Position numbers and translations under genes: made by a program. Of a stretch of 64,000 nt of DNA, positions 41,981-52,105 are shown piece after piece (the first letter of the stretch is position 1; every line of letters starts with the position of its first letter). The stretch comes from an uncultured Anaerolineae bacterium (GTDB taxonomy: Bacteria > Chloroflexota > Anaerolineae > Aggregatilineales > UBA3940). Under the pieces are notes generated by a model. The model saw only the letters and a program-made list of their open reading frames with translations. It did not search any database and was not told where the DNA came from. The stretch is taken from NCBI GenBank assembly GCA_964439625.1, contig CAYTPI010000002.1:39940-103939 (forward strand), given 5' to 3'.

Positions 41981-43134
41981 GTCTGTCTTTTCCACCTGCA
42001 ACGCTGGTCTATAAACCTGCCGACATTCCCGAATTAGAACGGGCTGTTACTGGTGCCAAGCACATCGCGCTCGATACCGAGTCCAATAGTCTCTTCGCAT
42101 ACCGCGAACAGGTCTGCTTAATTCAGCTTTCCGTTGAAGGACGTGATTTCCTAGTAGACCCACTGCGCGTCAGCATCAATGTTGACCTACCGTTTTTGCT
42201 AGACATCATCGCAGACTCTGCAATCGAGAAAATTCTACATGCGGCTGAATACGACATTATGGGCCTGCGTCGTGACTTCGGAGTCGTATTTAAGAATCTC
42301 TTTGATACGATGGTCGCCACACGCATTCTTGGTTGGGAAAAGGCCGGGTTAGCCAACCTGTTAGAGAAAGAGTTTGGTCTCACTGTTGATAAGCGCTTCC
42401 AGAGAGCAAATTGGGGCACACGACCGCTAAGCAAAGAGATGCGTGCCTACGCTCAACTTGACACACATTATCTCATCGAAATTCGTCACCGGCTACACAC
42501 GGAACTCGAAGCCGGTGGACATCTGGCAGAGGCACAAGAACTCTTTGATGGAGTAACTACCGCTGCCTGGCCCAACAACCCATTTGATCCATTGGACTTT
42601 TGGAATATTCGGGATGTCAAGCAGTTGAGTCGCAAGCAGAAATCCGTTCTGCACCAACTTTATATACTGCGTGAAGAAGCAGCACAGGCAATGGATGTAC
42701 CACCGTTCAAAATTATGTCTGATAGGACAATATACTATATGGCCCAAACACAACCGCGTTCCCGTAAAAAGCTGCAACGTGTACGCGGTCTCGCTGATTG
42801 GATGCTAAACGAGTACGAAGAAGATATTCTGGACGCCATTCGCAGGGGCGTAAAGGCAGGGTCGCCACCACCACGACCCAAACAAGCGCATAGACCGCCT
42901 TCACAATCAGTTTTACAGCGGTATGATCTGCTACATAATTGGCGCAAAGAGCGAGCCCAAAAACGGGGTGTTTCCTCCGAGGTCATCATGCCCAAGGACG
43001 CTTTATGGAAGCTCGCCGCCCACCCACCTCGTACCGTAGATGATTTAGCCCAAGTCAAGTTGATTGGCCCTTGGCGACGCCAAACCTATGGTGACGAGCT
43101 GTTACAATTGCTCGCACAATCTGATCAGCCTTAA
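41977..43134 (+). CDS. rnd: Ribonuclease D (DEDD exonuclease plus 2 HRDC)
   Basis: ALDTESNS, CLIQLS, HAAEYD, FDTMVA, WGTRPL, YAQLDTHYL. Confidence 0.92.
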   Translation: MSLSFPPATLVYKPADIPELERAVTGAKHIALDTESNSLFAYREQVCLIQLSVEGRDFLVDPLRVSINVDLPFLLDIIADSAIEKILHAAEYDIMGLRRDFGVVFKNLFDTMVATRILGWEKAGLANLLEKEFGLTVDKRFQRANWGTRPLSKEMRAYAQLDTHYLIEIRHRLHTELEAGGHLAEAQELFDGVTTAAWPNNPFDPLDFWNIRDVKQLSRKQKSVLHQLYILREEAAQAMDVPPFKIMSDRTIYYMAQTQPRSRKKLQRVRGLADWMLNEYEEDILDAIRRGVKAGSPPPRPKQAHRPPSQSVLQRYDLLHNWRKERAQKRGVSSEVIMPKDALWKLAAHPPRTVDDLAQVKLIGPWRRQTYGDELLQLLAQSDQP

Positions 43135-43180
43135 GCACTGTCTCTATATCGCAGTGCCACCACACAAAGGGGTAAAAGAC

Positions 43181-44596
43181 TTGAAACTAACCTTCCATGG
43201 CGCTGCACAAACAGTGACTGGCTCTCAGCACTTGGTAGAGATCAACGGTCACAAAATATTACTTGACTGCGGTCTCTTTCAAGGAGCGCGCAAGAATAGT
43301 TACAAACGTAATAAGGAACTCCCCTTCGAGGCCAACGATATCAGCGCGCTGATCCTGTCACATGCTCACATCGATCATTCTGGTAATATCCCGAACTTAG
43401 TCAAGCAAGGGTTCAATAACGATATCTTTTGTACCTATGCCACGCGTGATCTCTGTGCTGCGATGCTGCTTGACAGCGGTCATATCCAAGAGCGCGATGC
43501 TGAATATATGAACCGCAAGCGGCGGAAGCGCGGAGACGAACTCATCGAGCCGATCTACACCCAAGAAGACGCTTTCGACTCACTGGACTACTTCGCACCG
43601 ATGGCGGTGAACCGCACTCGCCCACTGCTCGATGGCGTCAAAGTGACCTTGCGTGATGTAGGACACATCTTGGGCGCAGCCTGCGTGACGCTCGAAATGG
43701 AGAATGCTACCACGGGCAAGATGGAAACATTGGTCTACTCTGGTGATATTGGGCGGCACGGTATCCCAATTCTAAAAGACCCAGTCACCCCACCCGCAGC
43801 CGATGTTCTAATTTTAGAGAGTACCTACGGCGGGCAAACGCACGATCCGTATCCTGATATGGAAACTAAGCTCAAAGACATCATCCTTCGTACCATCGAC
43901 CGTGGGGGCAATGTTATTGTCCCAGCCTTTGCCGTTGGGCGGACTCAGCACCTTGTCTACATTTTGAATAAATTATTTCACGCGGGCGAGATTCCCGATA
44001 TCCCAATTTTTGTAGATAGCCCATTGGCTGTCAACGTCACCGATATCTTCCGCTTACATCCCGAGATCTATGATAAAAAAGCCCGCGATTATATGTTCAA
44101 TGAAGACCCAGACGGCAATCTATTTGGCTTCTCTATGTTAACCTATGTACGCCACGTTGAGCGTTCTAAAATGCTGAACAGCCTTGACCAACCAATTGTG
44201 ATTATTAGCGCATCAGGTATGGCAGTTGCCGGGCGTATTTTGCACCATCTCAAGCACAATATTTCAGATAGCAGCAACACCGTGCTGATTACGGGTTTTC
44301 AAGCGGGGCACACACTTGGACGCCGCCTTGTCGAGCGCGACCCGGTGGTTACAATCTTCGGTGATAAATATGAGGTAAAAGCTGAGATTGCAGAACTAAC
44401 GGGGTTCAGCGGGCATGCTGACCATGATGGATTGATCGAATGGGTTAGTAAATTTGAACGCCGCCCCAAAACAATATTCTTAGTACACGGCGAAGGTGAG
44501 CGTCAGGAAAAACTGGCGACGGGTCTAAAAAATGATTTAGGCATCGAGGATGTAAGAATTCCTATTCAGGGACAGGTTGCTACAATTGACGTGTAG
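43181..44596 (+). CDS. MBL-fold beta-CASP ribonuclease (CPSF3/YSH1-like)
   Basis: GAAQTVTGS, LDCG, SHAHIDHSG, GHILGA, SGDIG, ESTYG, PAFAVGRTQ, FSGHAD, LVHGE; TTG start. Confidence 0.93.
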   Translation: MKLTFHGAAQTVTGSQHLVEINGHKILLDCGLFQGARKNSYKRNKELPFEANDISALILSHAHIDHSGNIPNLVKQGFNNDIFCTYATRDLCAAMLLDSGHIQERDAEYMNRKRRKRGDELIEPIYTQEDAFDSLDYFAPMAVNRTRPLLDGVKVTLRDVGHILGAACVTLEMENATTGKMETLVYSGDIGRHGIPILKDPVTPPAADVLILESTYGGQTHDPYPDMETKLKDIILRTIDRGGNVIVPAFAVGRTQHLVYILNKLFHAGEIPDIPIFVDSPLAVNVTDIFRLHPEIYDKKARDYMFNEDPDGNLFGFSMLTYVRHVERSKMLNSLDQPIVIISASGMAVAGRILHHLKHNISDSSNTVLITGFQAGHTLGRRLVERDPVVTIFGDKYEVKAEIAELTGFSGHADHDGLIEWVSKFERRPKTIFLVHGEGERQEKLATGLKNDLGIEDVRIPIQGQVATIDV

Positions 44597-45671
44597 TCTC
44601 TAAAGGCCAACGTGAACGCACATCCATGTTGAGTGTGTTGCCCCCTACTTGGCGTTCAAATTGAAAGTGACCCGCTGCAGCGATCATCGCGGCGTTATCT
44701 GTGCAGAGCGCCAATGGGGGGACACGTACCGGGCGTTCTGCGCGTTCAGCAACCTGTTGACGAAACACTTTATTGGCAGAAACGCCACCAGCGAGCAATA
44801 TTTCCGTTGCATTATAGACGTTAGCAGCACGTATGGCCTTGTCGACCAGCACATCAACTACTGCTGCTTGAAAACTTGCAGCAAGATCCGCCACAGGCAT
44901 TTCGTCACGAAGAGAATCATCTGGTTTGTAGCCTGGTTGCAGTTCTTGTAGTGTCCGCAGCATGGCCGTTTTCAAGCCCGAAAAACTGAAATCGTAATTT
45001 CGTGTCCCATCGTTACCTCGGAGATCAGCTCGTGGGAAGTCAAAAGCTGCGGGGTCACCGGTTTCTGCCGCCGCTTGGATCGCTGGCCCACCCGGGTAGG
45101 GAAGGCCCAATAAGCGCCCAACTTTGTCAAATGCTTCTCCGGCTGCATCATCGAGGGTGCCACCCAGCCGCTCGTATTTCCTATGTTGACGCATCAGCAG
45201 GAGTTCGGTGTGCCCGCCAGAAACAATCAGGATGACAACCGGAAATGTAATATCGGCTGCATTAGTTTGTTGGTCAGGGGCATTGAAACGATACTCAGGC
45301 CCACTTAGCCACAGAGAATAGACGTGCCCCTCAAGGTGATTGATTGCCAGCAACGGCAACCCAGTGCCATAGGCGAGCCCCTTCGCGGCATTAAAGCCAA
45401 CCACCAAAGACCCCGGCAAACCTGGCCCCTGCGTAACGGCGATGGCATCTAGTTGGTTAAGCGTGACGTTTGCTTGCGTCAAGGCTTGCTCAATGACCGG
45501 GTAAATCTGCTCGATGTGTGCTCGCGATGCCATTTCAGGAAAAATGCCACCGTATTGCGCATGTAGTTCAACCTGAGACGCCACCACGTTTGAGTAAATG
45601 TATGCCCCATCTTCGACGACGGCTGCTGCTGTCTCATCACACGACGTTTCGATGCCTAAAATCAGTGTCAT
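44580..45671 (-). CDS. tsaD: tRNA N6-adenosine threonylcarbamoyltransferase
   Basis: GIETSCDETAAA, NHLEGH, SGGHT, DDAAGEAFDK, FSFSGLKT, CTDNAAMIA. Confidence 0.97.
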   Translation of the reverse strand: MTLILGIETSCDETAAAVVEDGAYIYSNVVASQVELHAQYGGIFPEMASRAHIEQIYPVIEQALTQANVTLNQLDAIAVTQGPGLPGSLVVGFNAAKGLAYGTGLPLLAINHLEGHVYSLWLSGPEYRFNAPDQQTNAADITFPVVILIVSGGHTELLLMRQHRKYERLGGTLDDAAGEAFDKVGRLLGLPYPGGPAIQAAAETGDPAAFDFPRADLRGNDGTRNYDFSFSGLKTAMLRTLQELQPGYKPDDSLRDEMPVADLAASFQAAVVDVLVDKAIRAANVYNATEILLAGGVSANKVFRQQVAERAERPVRVPPLALCTDNAAMIAAAGHFQFERQVGGNTLNMDVRSRWPLETTRQL

Positions 45672-45673
45672 GG

Positions 45674-46897
45674 CTAGCCCTGCATCGGGATGACGAGGTC
45701 TTTTGGCATATATGTCAGTGAATGAAATTCACCGTTCTCATCGACATAGACAGTATCTTCTACCCGTATACCGAAGCCTCTATCCGGGTAGTAGAGGCCC
45801 GGTTCAATGGTAAATACCATATTGGGCTCAAGCACCTGACCACTGACGCTGCTAAAGCGCGGTGCCGCATGGATTTCCAGCCCGATGCCATGGCCTAGGC
45901 TGTGAACATAGCCATCTTCTGTTCCAGGGTGAGAGCGCGGTGTCTTATGACCGGTTTTCTCAAAGATGTCACAGACCATTGTCTGGTATGCCGAAGAATT
46001 CTCACCGACTTCAAGCGCATCTATCACGGCGTTAAATGCTTGCATCACTTCATCGTAGGCCTGTGCTACCTCAGTTGGCGCAAAGCCGAGGCAGAAGGTG
46101 CGCGTCATATCATGAAAGTAACCGCCACCTGTCTCTCGCGGAAAGAGATCAAACACAATCGATTTACCAAGTACCAGAGCATCGGCGTCTTCCCCCCGTG
46201 AATGGGGTAAAGCTGCGTCGCGTCCTTGGGCAAAGATCGTACCCTCGGCGTCCTCCAGTCCATTCTCGATGAGTTGAGCCCGCATGTAGCGCTTGACATC
46301 GCCAATCGTCAATGCAGCCCCATCTGCCTTAATGACACGTTCACCCTGTACCTGATGAGTCTGGATAAATTCAATAACCATCTGCATCACATTATTCGTG
46401 CGTTCCGCCACCGAGCGAATGGCAGCTAGTTCCGCAGAATCTTTGGTGATGTAAGCGGCATCAAACAGAGTATTTTCTGTCTCTCCTCTCACCCGAATAC
46501 GTGAACTGACTTCACTGACGCGGTTGAGGAACTCAAATGCATAGCCGGGGTCTGCCATACCGTAGAAACCCACATCGCCTTCAACCTGATAACGCTCGAA
46601 AATATAGGCAATCATCAGCACACGGGCGTCAAAATAGCTACCCGTATCCTTAACTAATTTGGGCAAGTTGAAGTCACTATAAGCCAGCGTGTGCAATCCG
46701 CTTTTTTGTGCCTCTTCACGTTCCATTGCACTACAAATCAAGATTGGGTCACTAGCGACTTTTTTAAGCACAATACCACCGGTAATCGGCGCACCATTAG
46801 TCAGGTAGCGTAAAGGATAGTTGTTCCGGGCTTCACCAAACACGATGAAGGCATTCATCCCACGTTCGTCCATTAGCCTATCAAGATCGCGCTTCAT
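45674..46897 (-). CDS. M24 family Xaa-Pro peptidase
   Basis: ALPH, VFDLFP...YFHDMTRT, HSLGHGIGLEIH, TIEPGLY, GIRVED. Confidence 0.92.
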   Translation of the reverse strand: MKRDLDRLMDERGMNAFIVFGEARNNYPLRYLTNGAPITGGIVLKKVASDPILICSAMEREEAQKSGLHTLAYSDFNLPKLVKDTGSYFDARVLMIAYIFERYQVEGDVGFYGMADPGYAFEFLNRVSEVSSRIRVRGETENTLFDAAYITKDSAELAAIRSVAERTNNVMQMVIEFIQTHQVQGERVIKADGAALTIGDVKRYMRAQLIENGLEDAEGTIFAQGRDAALPHSRGEDADALVLGKSIVFDLFPRETGGGYFHDMTRTFCLGFAPTEVAQAYDEVMQAFNAVIDALEVGENSSAYQTMVCDIFEKTGHKTPRSHPGTEDGYVHSLGHGIGLEIHAAPRFSSVSGQVLEPNMVFTIEPGLYYPDRGFGIRVEDTVYVDENGEFHSLTYMPKDLVIPMQG

Positions 46898-48276
46898 AGT
46901 AGGAGGGTATCCTTTATTTGCTCTATCAGAATGTGTTGTTGGTGTGGCAGCACTGTGCGCAGGTCAACAATTACATCATCATCGATAATACGGGTGATGA
47001 TTGGCAAGGCGCAGGCTCGGAGTGCTGCCGCAGACTGTTGGGCAGAGGATGTCTGTATGCTTACCAGAGTAGTTGGCAATGTTTCCCCTGGTACGCTGCC
47101 ACCTCCCACAGTGCTTTGTCCGGCTTCTACTCGACAAGTAATGCCGGCAACAGCAAGTTCGTTAGCCACTACTTCTGCGCGTTGAGCCAATGTTTCAACT
47201 GGCGTGGTAATCATCTGCCAGATTGGTACATTGGTTAGTGCTTCGTCCTTTAGATAATGCAACAGTGTGGCGCTCAAGGCGGCTAAGCACAGTTTATCCG
47301 GTCGGACGGCTCGCGCCAACGGATGTTTTTTCAACTTATCGATTAAATCTCGCTTGCCGAGCAAAAGCCCAGCCTGTGGCCCACCTAACAGCTTGTCACC
47401 GCTGAACAGCAGCAGATCGGCCCCCGCTTCTATGCTCGCCTGAATAGTCGGCTCCGGGGCTAGACCGAAGTCAGTTGTATTAAATAGGCAGCCGCTGCCG
47501 AGGTCATCCACGAAGTAAAGATTGTGTGCATGCGCCACACTTGCGATTTCATCAATGGGTGGCTCCGTTGTGAAGCCGATAATCTTATAGTTTGAATGAT
47601 GGACTCGCATCAAAAGTGCTGTTGATTCATCGATAGCGTTGATGTAATCACGCAGGTGGGTGCGGTTTGTTGTCCCCACTTCCACAAGCCGTGCCCCCGA
47701 CTGAGTCATCACGTCAGGCATACGGTAGCCACCACCAATCTCAACCAGTTGCCCACGAGAAACGATAACACCACCCCTATCTCCAGCTAACGCAGCGAGT
47801 GCCAGCATTGTGGCAGCCGCGTTGTTATTGACGACCAATGCCGCTTCCGCCCCAGTCAAGCGTGTTAGTAACACCTCAGCATGCAAGCTACGTTTGCCAC
47901 GTTTACCAGTCTCTAAATTAAACTCAAGGGTGCTATATCCGGTACCAATCCGCTGAACAGCATCCATCGCTGCCACAGAGAGAGGAGCGCGCCCCAGGTT
48001 CGTATGAATAATGACCCCGGTCGCATTGATGACTGCCCGCAGTGTAGGCGCAAGTATTTCTGCCAAAGAAGCTGCTGCTTGCTCAAGGAGTACAGCGTTA
48101 GACAAAGTACCCTTAGGGGTTTCTCTGGCAATTCGTTGACGTTCTGCGTTTAGGACTGTACGCAGGGCTTCGACAGTCATTGGGTGCCCGTATGCGTTGA
48201 TCAGTTCCTGAGCAAAAGCATGTTGCAGCAATGCATCAACCGATGGAAGAGTACGTCTTAGGTCGGGGGCTGCCAC
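46894..48276 (-). CDS. selA: L-seryl-tRNA(Sec) selenium transferase
   Basis: VINATGVIIHTNLGRAPL, VNNNAAA, SRGQLVEIGG, EVGTTNRT, DLGSG, FSGDKLLGGPQAG. Confidence 0.96.
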   Translation of the reverse strand: MAAPDLRRTLPSVDALLQHAFAQELINAYGHPMTVEALRTVLNAERQRIARETPKGTLSNAVLLEQAAASLAEILAPTLRAVINATGVIIHTNLGRAPLSVAAMDAVQRIGTGYSTLEFNLETGKRGKRSLHAEVLLTRLTGAEAALVVNNNAAATMLALAALAGDRGGVIVSRGQLVEIGGGYRMPDVMTQSGARLVEVGTTNRTHLRDYINAIDESTALLMRVHHSNYKIIGFTTEPPIDEIASVAHAHNLYFVDDLGSGCLFNTTDFGLAPEPTIQASIEAGADLLLFSGDKLLGGPQAGLLLGKRDLIDKLKKHPLARAVRPDKLCLAALSATLLHYLKDEALTNVPIWQMITTPVETLAQRAEVVANELAVAGITCRVEAGQSTVGGGSVPGETLPTTLVSIQTSSAQQSAAALRACALPIITRIIDDDVIVDLRTVLPHQQHILIEQIKDTLLL

Positions 48277-48674
48277 TGCATCCCCTCTCGTAAGCGCAGG
48301 AGACCTTCAATGATGATAATGGCAATTGCAAAGATGACGGCGATAGGTAGGCTCAGGAGGCGGGGAACCAAAAGCCAGACGCAGGTGGTTCCAAACAACC
48401 CAAACCACATCGCTTGTCGTAAAAGCACACTCGGTTTAACCGAGCGACGACTAAACGTCTTATTGATTAACTTCACCAGTGGTAGCGCGCTACCAGACAA
48501 TGCACTGTATAACAGTGCATAAAATGCCCAACGATTCGGCACCGTTGGTAATTGGTTCAGGATTAACCAGATCAAGCCAGCCCAGCTGCTCACAGCAAGA
48601 ATAACCCCAGCTACAACTGTGCTCACCCGTAGTGATTCTGGTTGTTGACGTGGTGGAAGCGACTCTGATGCCAT
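48258..48674 (-). CDS. Conserved 4-TM membrane protein
   Basis: Four hydrophobic segments; LPTVPNRW and LLRQA motifs; overlaps the selA start. Confidence 0.8.
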   Translation of the reverse strand: MASESLPPRQQPESLRVSTVVAGVILAVSSWAGLIWLILNQLPTVPNRWAFYALLYSALSGSALPLVKLINKTFSRRSVKPSVLLRQAMWFGLFGTTCVWLLVPRLLSLPIAVIFAIAIIIIEGLLRLREGMQWQPPT

Positions 48675-48792
48675 AGTTTGCCTGATCGTAATCTGACGGG
48701 CTCAGATTATACAGTATTTCTGACGCTGTGGTAACATAGATGCTGGGTAAATTCCCAACGCTCCCTTAGATTTCAACTTAAAGGACCGCATT

Positions 48793-49659
48793 TTGGAAAC
48801 CATTGTGCAAACCGACACACAGACCGTGCGCATTGGGCCAGGTCATCCCTTTGTCATTATCGGTGAACGAATTAACCCAACCGGACGCCTGCGTATGATT
48901 AATGAGCTGACGACGGGTGTCTTTGACCTTGTCAAACAGGAAGCCATCACACAGGTTGAGGCTGGCGCACAAATCCTCGACATCAACGCAGGTGTCCCGA
49001 ATCTTGACGAGCCAGAGTTGCTCGCAAACGTTGTGCAGGCTGTACAATCTGTAGTAGATGTCCCGCTTGTACTGGACTCAGCAAACCCAGACGCCTTGCA
49101 ATCTGCGCTGAAGGTGTACAAAGGCAAAGCGATTGTCAACTCAGTAACTGGTGAGGAAGCAAAACTAGCGCGCGTTTTGCCAATGGTTGCAGAATATGAT
49201 GCTGCCGTTATCGGCATCAGCAACGACGACGAAGGTATTTCAGAAGACCCCGATGTGCGTGTTGCTGTCGCGAAAAAAGTTGTTGAGCGTGCTATTGAAT
49301 ATGGTATTGCCCGTGAGGATGTCATCATTGACCCAATTGTGATGCCGATTGGGGCACGCTCTAATGCGGCAATCAATGTGTTCAATATCATTCGCCGCTG
49401 CCACGAAGAGTTAGGAGTCAACACCTGCTGTGGGGCCAGCAATATCTCTTTTGGTATGCCGAACCGCACGCACCTTAACACTGTTTTTCTTAGTATGGTG
49501 ATGGTAGCAGGCTTGCCCTGTGCTATCACGAATCCCAAAAGTGAGCGCATTCGCATGACAGTTTTTGCAGCCGACTTGATGCTCGGGCGCGATGAGCGCC
49601 ATAAGCGCTGGGTCAATATCAACCATGCTACAAAGTCTGCACCTGAGGCATCGGCCTAG
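48793..49659 (+). CDS. Stand-alone pterin-binding methyltransferase (AcsE / MetH folate-domain-like)
   Basis: IIGERINPTG, LDINAG, LDSAN, NSVTGE, IIDP, GASNISFGMP. Confidence 0.9.
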   Translation: METIVQTDTQTVRIGPGHPFVIIGERINPTGRLRMINELTTGVFDLVKQEAITQVEAGAQILDINAGVPNLDEPELLANVVQAVQSVVDVPLVLDSANPDALQSALKVYKGKAIVNSVTGEEAKLARVLPMVAEYDAAVIGISNDDEGISEDPDVRVAVAKKVVERAIEYGIAREDVIIDPIVMPIGARSNAAINVFNIIRRCHEELGVNTCCGASNISFGMPNRTHLNTVFLSMVMVAGLPCAITNPKSERIRMTVFAADLMLGRDERHKRWVNINHATKSAPEASA

Positions 49660-49710
49660 TACACTCTTTAGGACTAATCGATACGAAAAGAGAGCGAAGG
49701 GAAGCCTAAC

Positions 49711-50235
49711 ATGGTCAAAAAGTACAAGAGTCCGCCACCAATGGTGATAGACCCTACCAAATTGTACGTTGCGGTGATCAACACCAATCGCGGTGAAATG
49801 CGTGCCAACCTATTCGCGAGCGTTGCTCCTATAACCGTCAACAATTTTGTTTTTCTTGCACGTGATGGATTCTATGATGATACAACCTTTCACCGCGTCA
49901 TTGAGAATTTTATGGTGCAAGCTGGCGACCCCACTGGCACAGGACGAGGCGGCCCTGGTTACAAGTTCGCGGATGAAAAATCAGCTATGCAGTTGAAGCA
50001 CGATGCGCCAGGCGTTCTTTCAATGGCGAACTCTGGACCGAATTCGAATGGCAGTCAGTTTTTCATTACACATGCAGCCACCCCTTGGCTAGATGGAAAA
50101 CATGCCGTGTTTGGCATGCTAGCCGATAAGCATTCGGTTGATACAATGATGCGCATTCGCCTACGTGATCCGGGGTCCGACCCAAAGCCAGGAGATATCC
50201 TGAAAACGATCAGCATTTTGGAGTTTGATGATTAG
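49711..50235 (+). CDS. Cyclophilin-type peptidyl-prolyl isomerase
   Basis: APITVNNF, FHRVIENFMVQAGDP, LSMANSGPNSNGSQFFIT, WLDGKHAVFG. Confidence 0.96.
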   Translation: MVKKYKSPPPMVIDPTKLYVAVINTNRGEMRANLFASVAPITVNNFVFLARDGFYDDTTFHRVIENFMVQAGDPTGTGRGGPGYKFADEKSAMQLKHDAPGVLSMANSGPNSNGSQFFITHAATPWLDGKHAVFGMLADKHSVDTMMRIRLRDPGSDPKPGDILKTISILEFDD

Positions 50236-50259
50236 TTGATAGACACCTAGCAAACAAGC

Positions 50260-50511
50260 TCAAACGGGACGCTTGAAAAGATAAATAATTGGCCCACTTT
50301 TCTTGGGGTCACCAGGGAGGGCATTAACGAGTTCCCATCCTTGGTCGGCCAGTTTACCAAGCATTGCGGGCCAATTTTCATGTAATTCAATCAGTGTCGG
50401 AGCTTGGTCAGCAATAAACTGCTTGAGGGCTCCAGTCCCATTCTGTCGTACTTCTATCTGGCAAATTTGCCATTTTCTGCGCTCAATCATTTTGTGTGTC
50501 TCCTGCTTCAT
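50260..50511 (-). CDS. Small protein, DUF4177-like
   Basis: LGKLADQGWELV...YLFKRP pattern; start may be 50490. Confidence 0.65.
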   Translation of the reverse strand: MKQETHKMIERRKWQICQIEVRQNGTGALKQFIADQAPTLIELHENWPAMLGKLADQGWELVNALPGDPKKSGPIIYLFKRPV

Positions 50512-50563
50512 TACCGGTTGTTTACTGCTCTATACGTTTCAACGCAGAAAATGTCCCATGCTC

Positions 50564-52009
50564 CTATTCCAGATCATCACCAAACAGAGCAACTGCGAGA
50601 TGATTTGAGAGCGGAAACGGTTGTTCTAACGGCATAACAAAATCTGTTCGCTTAAAACTGATGAACGGCTCATCAATTTCTGAGAGATCAACAGTTGGAT
50701 CGAGAAACTGTTGATATTCTCTCCCATTCAATGATGCATACACGTCCGCCGTTACGGAGACGTTCGGGTAGCCAGCAGCAGCCATCTCTTCGTCGATGTA
50801 ATGAGCGAACTGCACCAACATATCGGGGCGCGTTGCCATTTTGCGTACCTGTCTACTAGAAATGTAGTCATGTGGGTTAACGCCATAGACGGTGTTTGTA
50901 TCCAGATTGGTAACCAACATAGTGACCTGTGCGTTTTTATCTCGCAGCTTCATATGCCAAGCGAAACGGTGCCCATCTTCCGTCCAACTGACGTATCCGG
51001 GTATTAAGTAGTGGCGCAGTGGGAAAAGAAGCTGCCATGCTAAATAAACACTAAACACGGAGAGAGCCGCATATTGTGAGATACTGGTAGGAATACGAGT
51101 TTTTAGCAGCGGCTTATCGCGCCCATAGTCTGGGAAGTTAAACACTTTTCTAGCCCAGTCTGCTGGGAAGAACAACGTCGTCGCTGCAATCGCAAACCAT
51201 GGAAAAATTCCAATCGAGAACATGCGAGCATTCATAACGTGAAAGAACAGCACGAATGCAAAGGCTATGGCACGGGTACGCTTCCAAAGTAGGAATGGCA
51301 CAATCAATAAGTCAAATAGCAGGCCCCCGTAGACAAACAAGTAGACAACGGGTTCCTCTAGAAACAATGGGCCGATCAGCGGAAAATCATCGACGCGGTT
51401 TGCCAACCATGCCCGCATCGGTTCAGTACGCAGCCAGTCAATGTTGATTTTCGCCAGACCACCATAGACATAAACTATCGCCATCTGTGCTTGCAATATC
51501 CACAGTGACCACGCTGGCACCTTATTAGATTGTAAGTCCTTGTCGTAGTAAGCATCTACGGATACGGCCCGATTGGCTGGGATGATGATCAATAGAAAAC
51601 TGAGCAGCGAGATTAAATAGAAGTGGTTGAGGTAAGGTGCTTTATCTAATAAGAAGACATATGTAAACCCAATGAAAAACAAGAATGCGCTGATGCGATA
51701 GTAGAAGCCAATCGCTATGAAGATAGCCAGCAGACCAAGCACTGCGAAATGATAATACATACCATCGCCAGGCCACGGACGGACCCAATGGAAGAAGTTA
51801 TATGTAAAATAGAAATCTGGCTCAATCCAATAACGGTAAATCCAGCCTTTATCAAAATAGCGGAAAACCTCCCACAGCATGATCAACCCGAACGCCACAC
51901 GGAAGACGACCATTGACGAGATATCAACCGGTCGAAAGAAGCGCTCTTTAAAGGTTTGCCACAGACTTGTTTTAGATTCTTGTTCTATATTTAGTGCTGT
52001 CTCAACCAT
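50564..52009 (-). CDS. HTTM-domain protein, vitamin-K-dependent gamma-glutamyl carboxylase homologue
   Basis: FRVAFGLIM, FLLDK..YLNHFYL, YGGLAKINIDW, FSIGIFPW, WTEDGHRFAWHMKLR, RPDMLVQFA, SLNGR..QQFLDPTVDL. Confidence 0.9.
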   Translation of the reverse strand: MVETALNIEQESKTSLWQTFKERFFRPVDISSMVVFRVAFGLIMLWEVFRYFDKGWIYRYWIEPDFYFTYNFFHWVRPWPGDGMYYHFAVLGLLAIFIAIGFYYRISAFLFFIGFTYVFLLDKAPYLNHFYLISLLSFLLIIIPANRAVSVDAYYDKDLQSNKVPAWSLWILQAQMAIVYVYGGLAKINIDWLRTEPMRAWLANRVDDFPLIGPLFLEEPVVYLFVYGGLLFDLLIVPFLLWKRTRAIAFAFVLFFHVMNARMFSIGIFPWFAIAATTLFFPADWARKVFNFPDYGRDKPLLKTRIPTSISQYAALSVFSVYLAWQLLFPLRHYLIPGYVSWTEDGHRFAWHMKLRDKNAQVTMLVTNLDTNTVYGVNPHDYISSRQVRKMATRPDMLVQFAHYIDEEMAAAGYPNVSVTADVYASLNGREYQQFLDPTVDLSEIDEPFISFKRTDFVMPLEQPFPLSNHLAVALFGDDLE

Positions 52010-52105
52010 CTTTGTTCACCAGCATCTACTATCTTATTTCCGCAACATTATGCTTAGTTGTCTGCATTTCCACAACTTACCCTGTCCACTTCTGGAGCAA
52101 GCATT

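Noticed and set aside
48843-49622. 259-aa minus-strand ORF, plus many shorter overlapping ORFs in the track
   Set aside because: These are antisense or alternative-frame shadows of well-supported genes, with no recognisable motifs.
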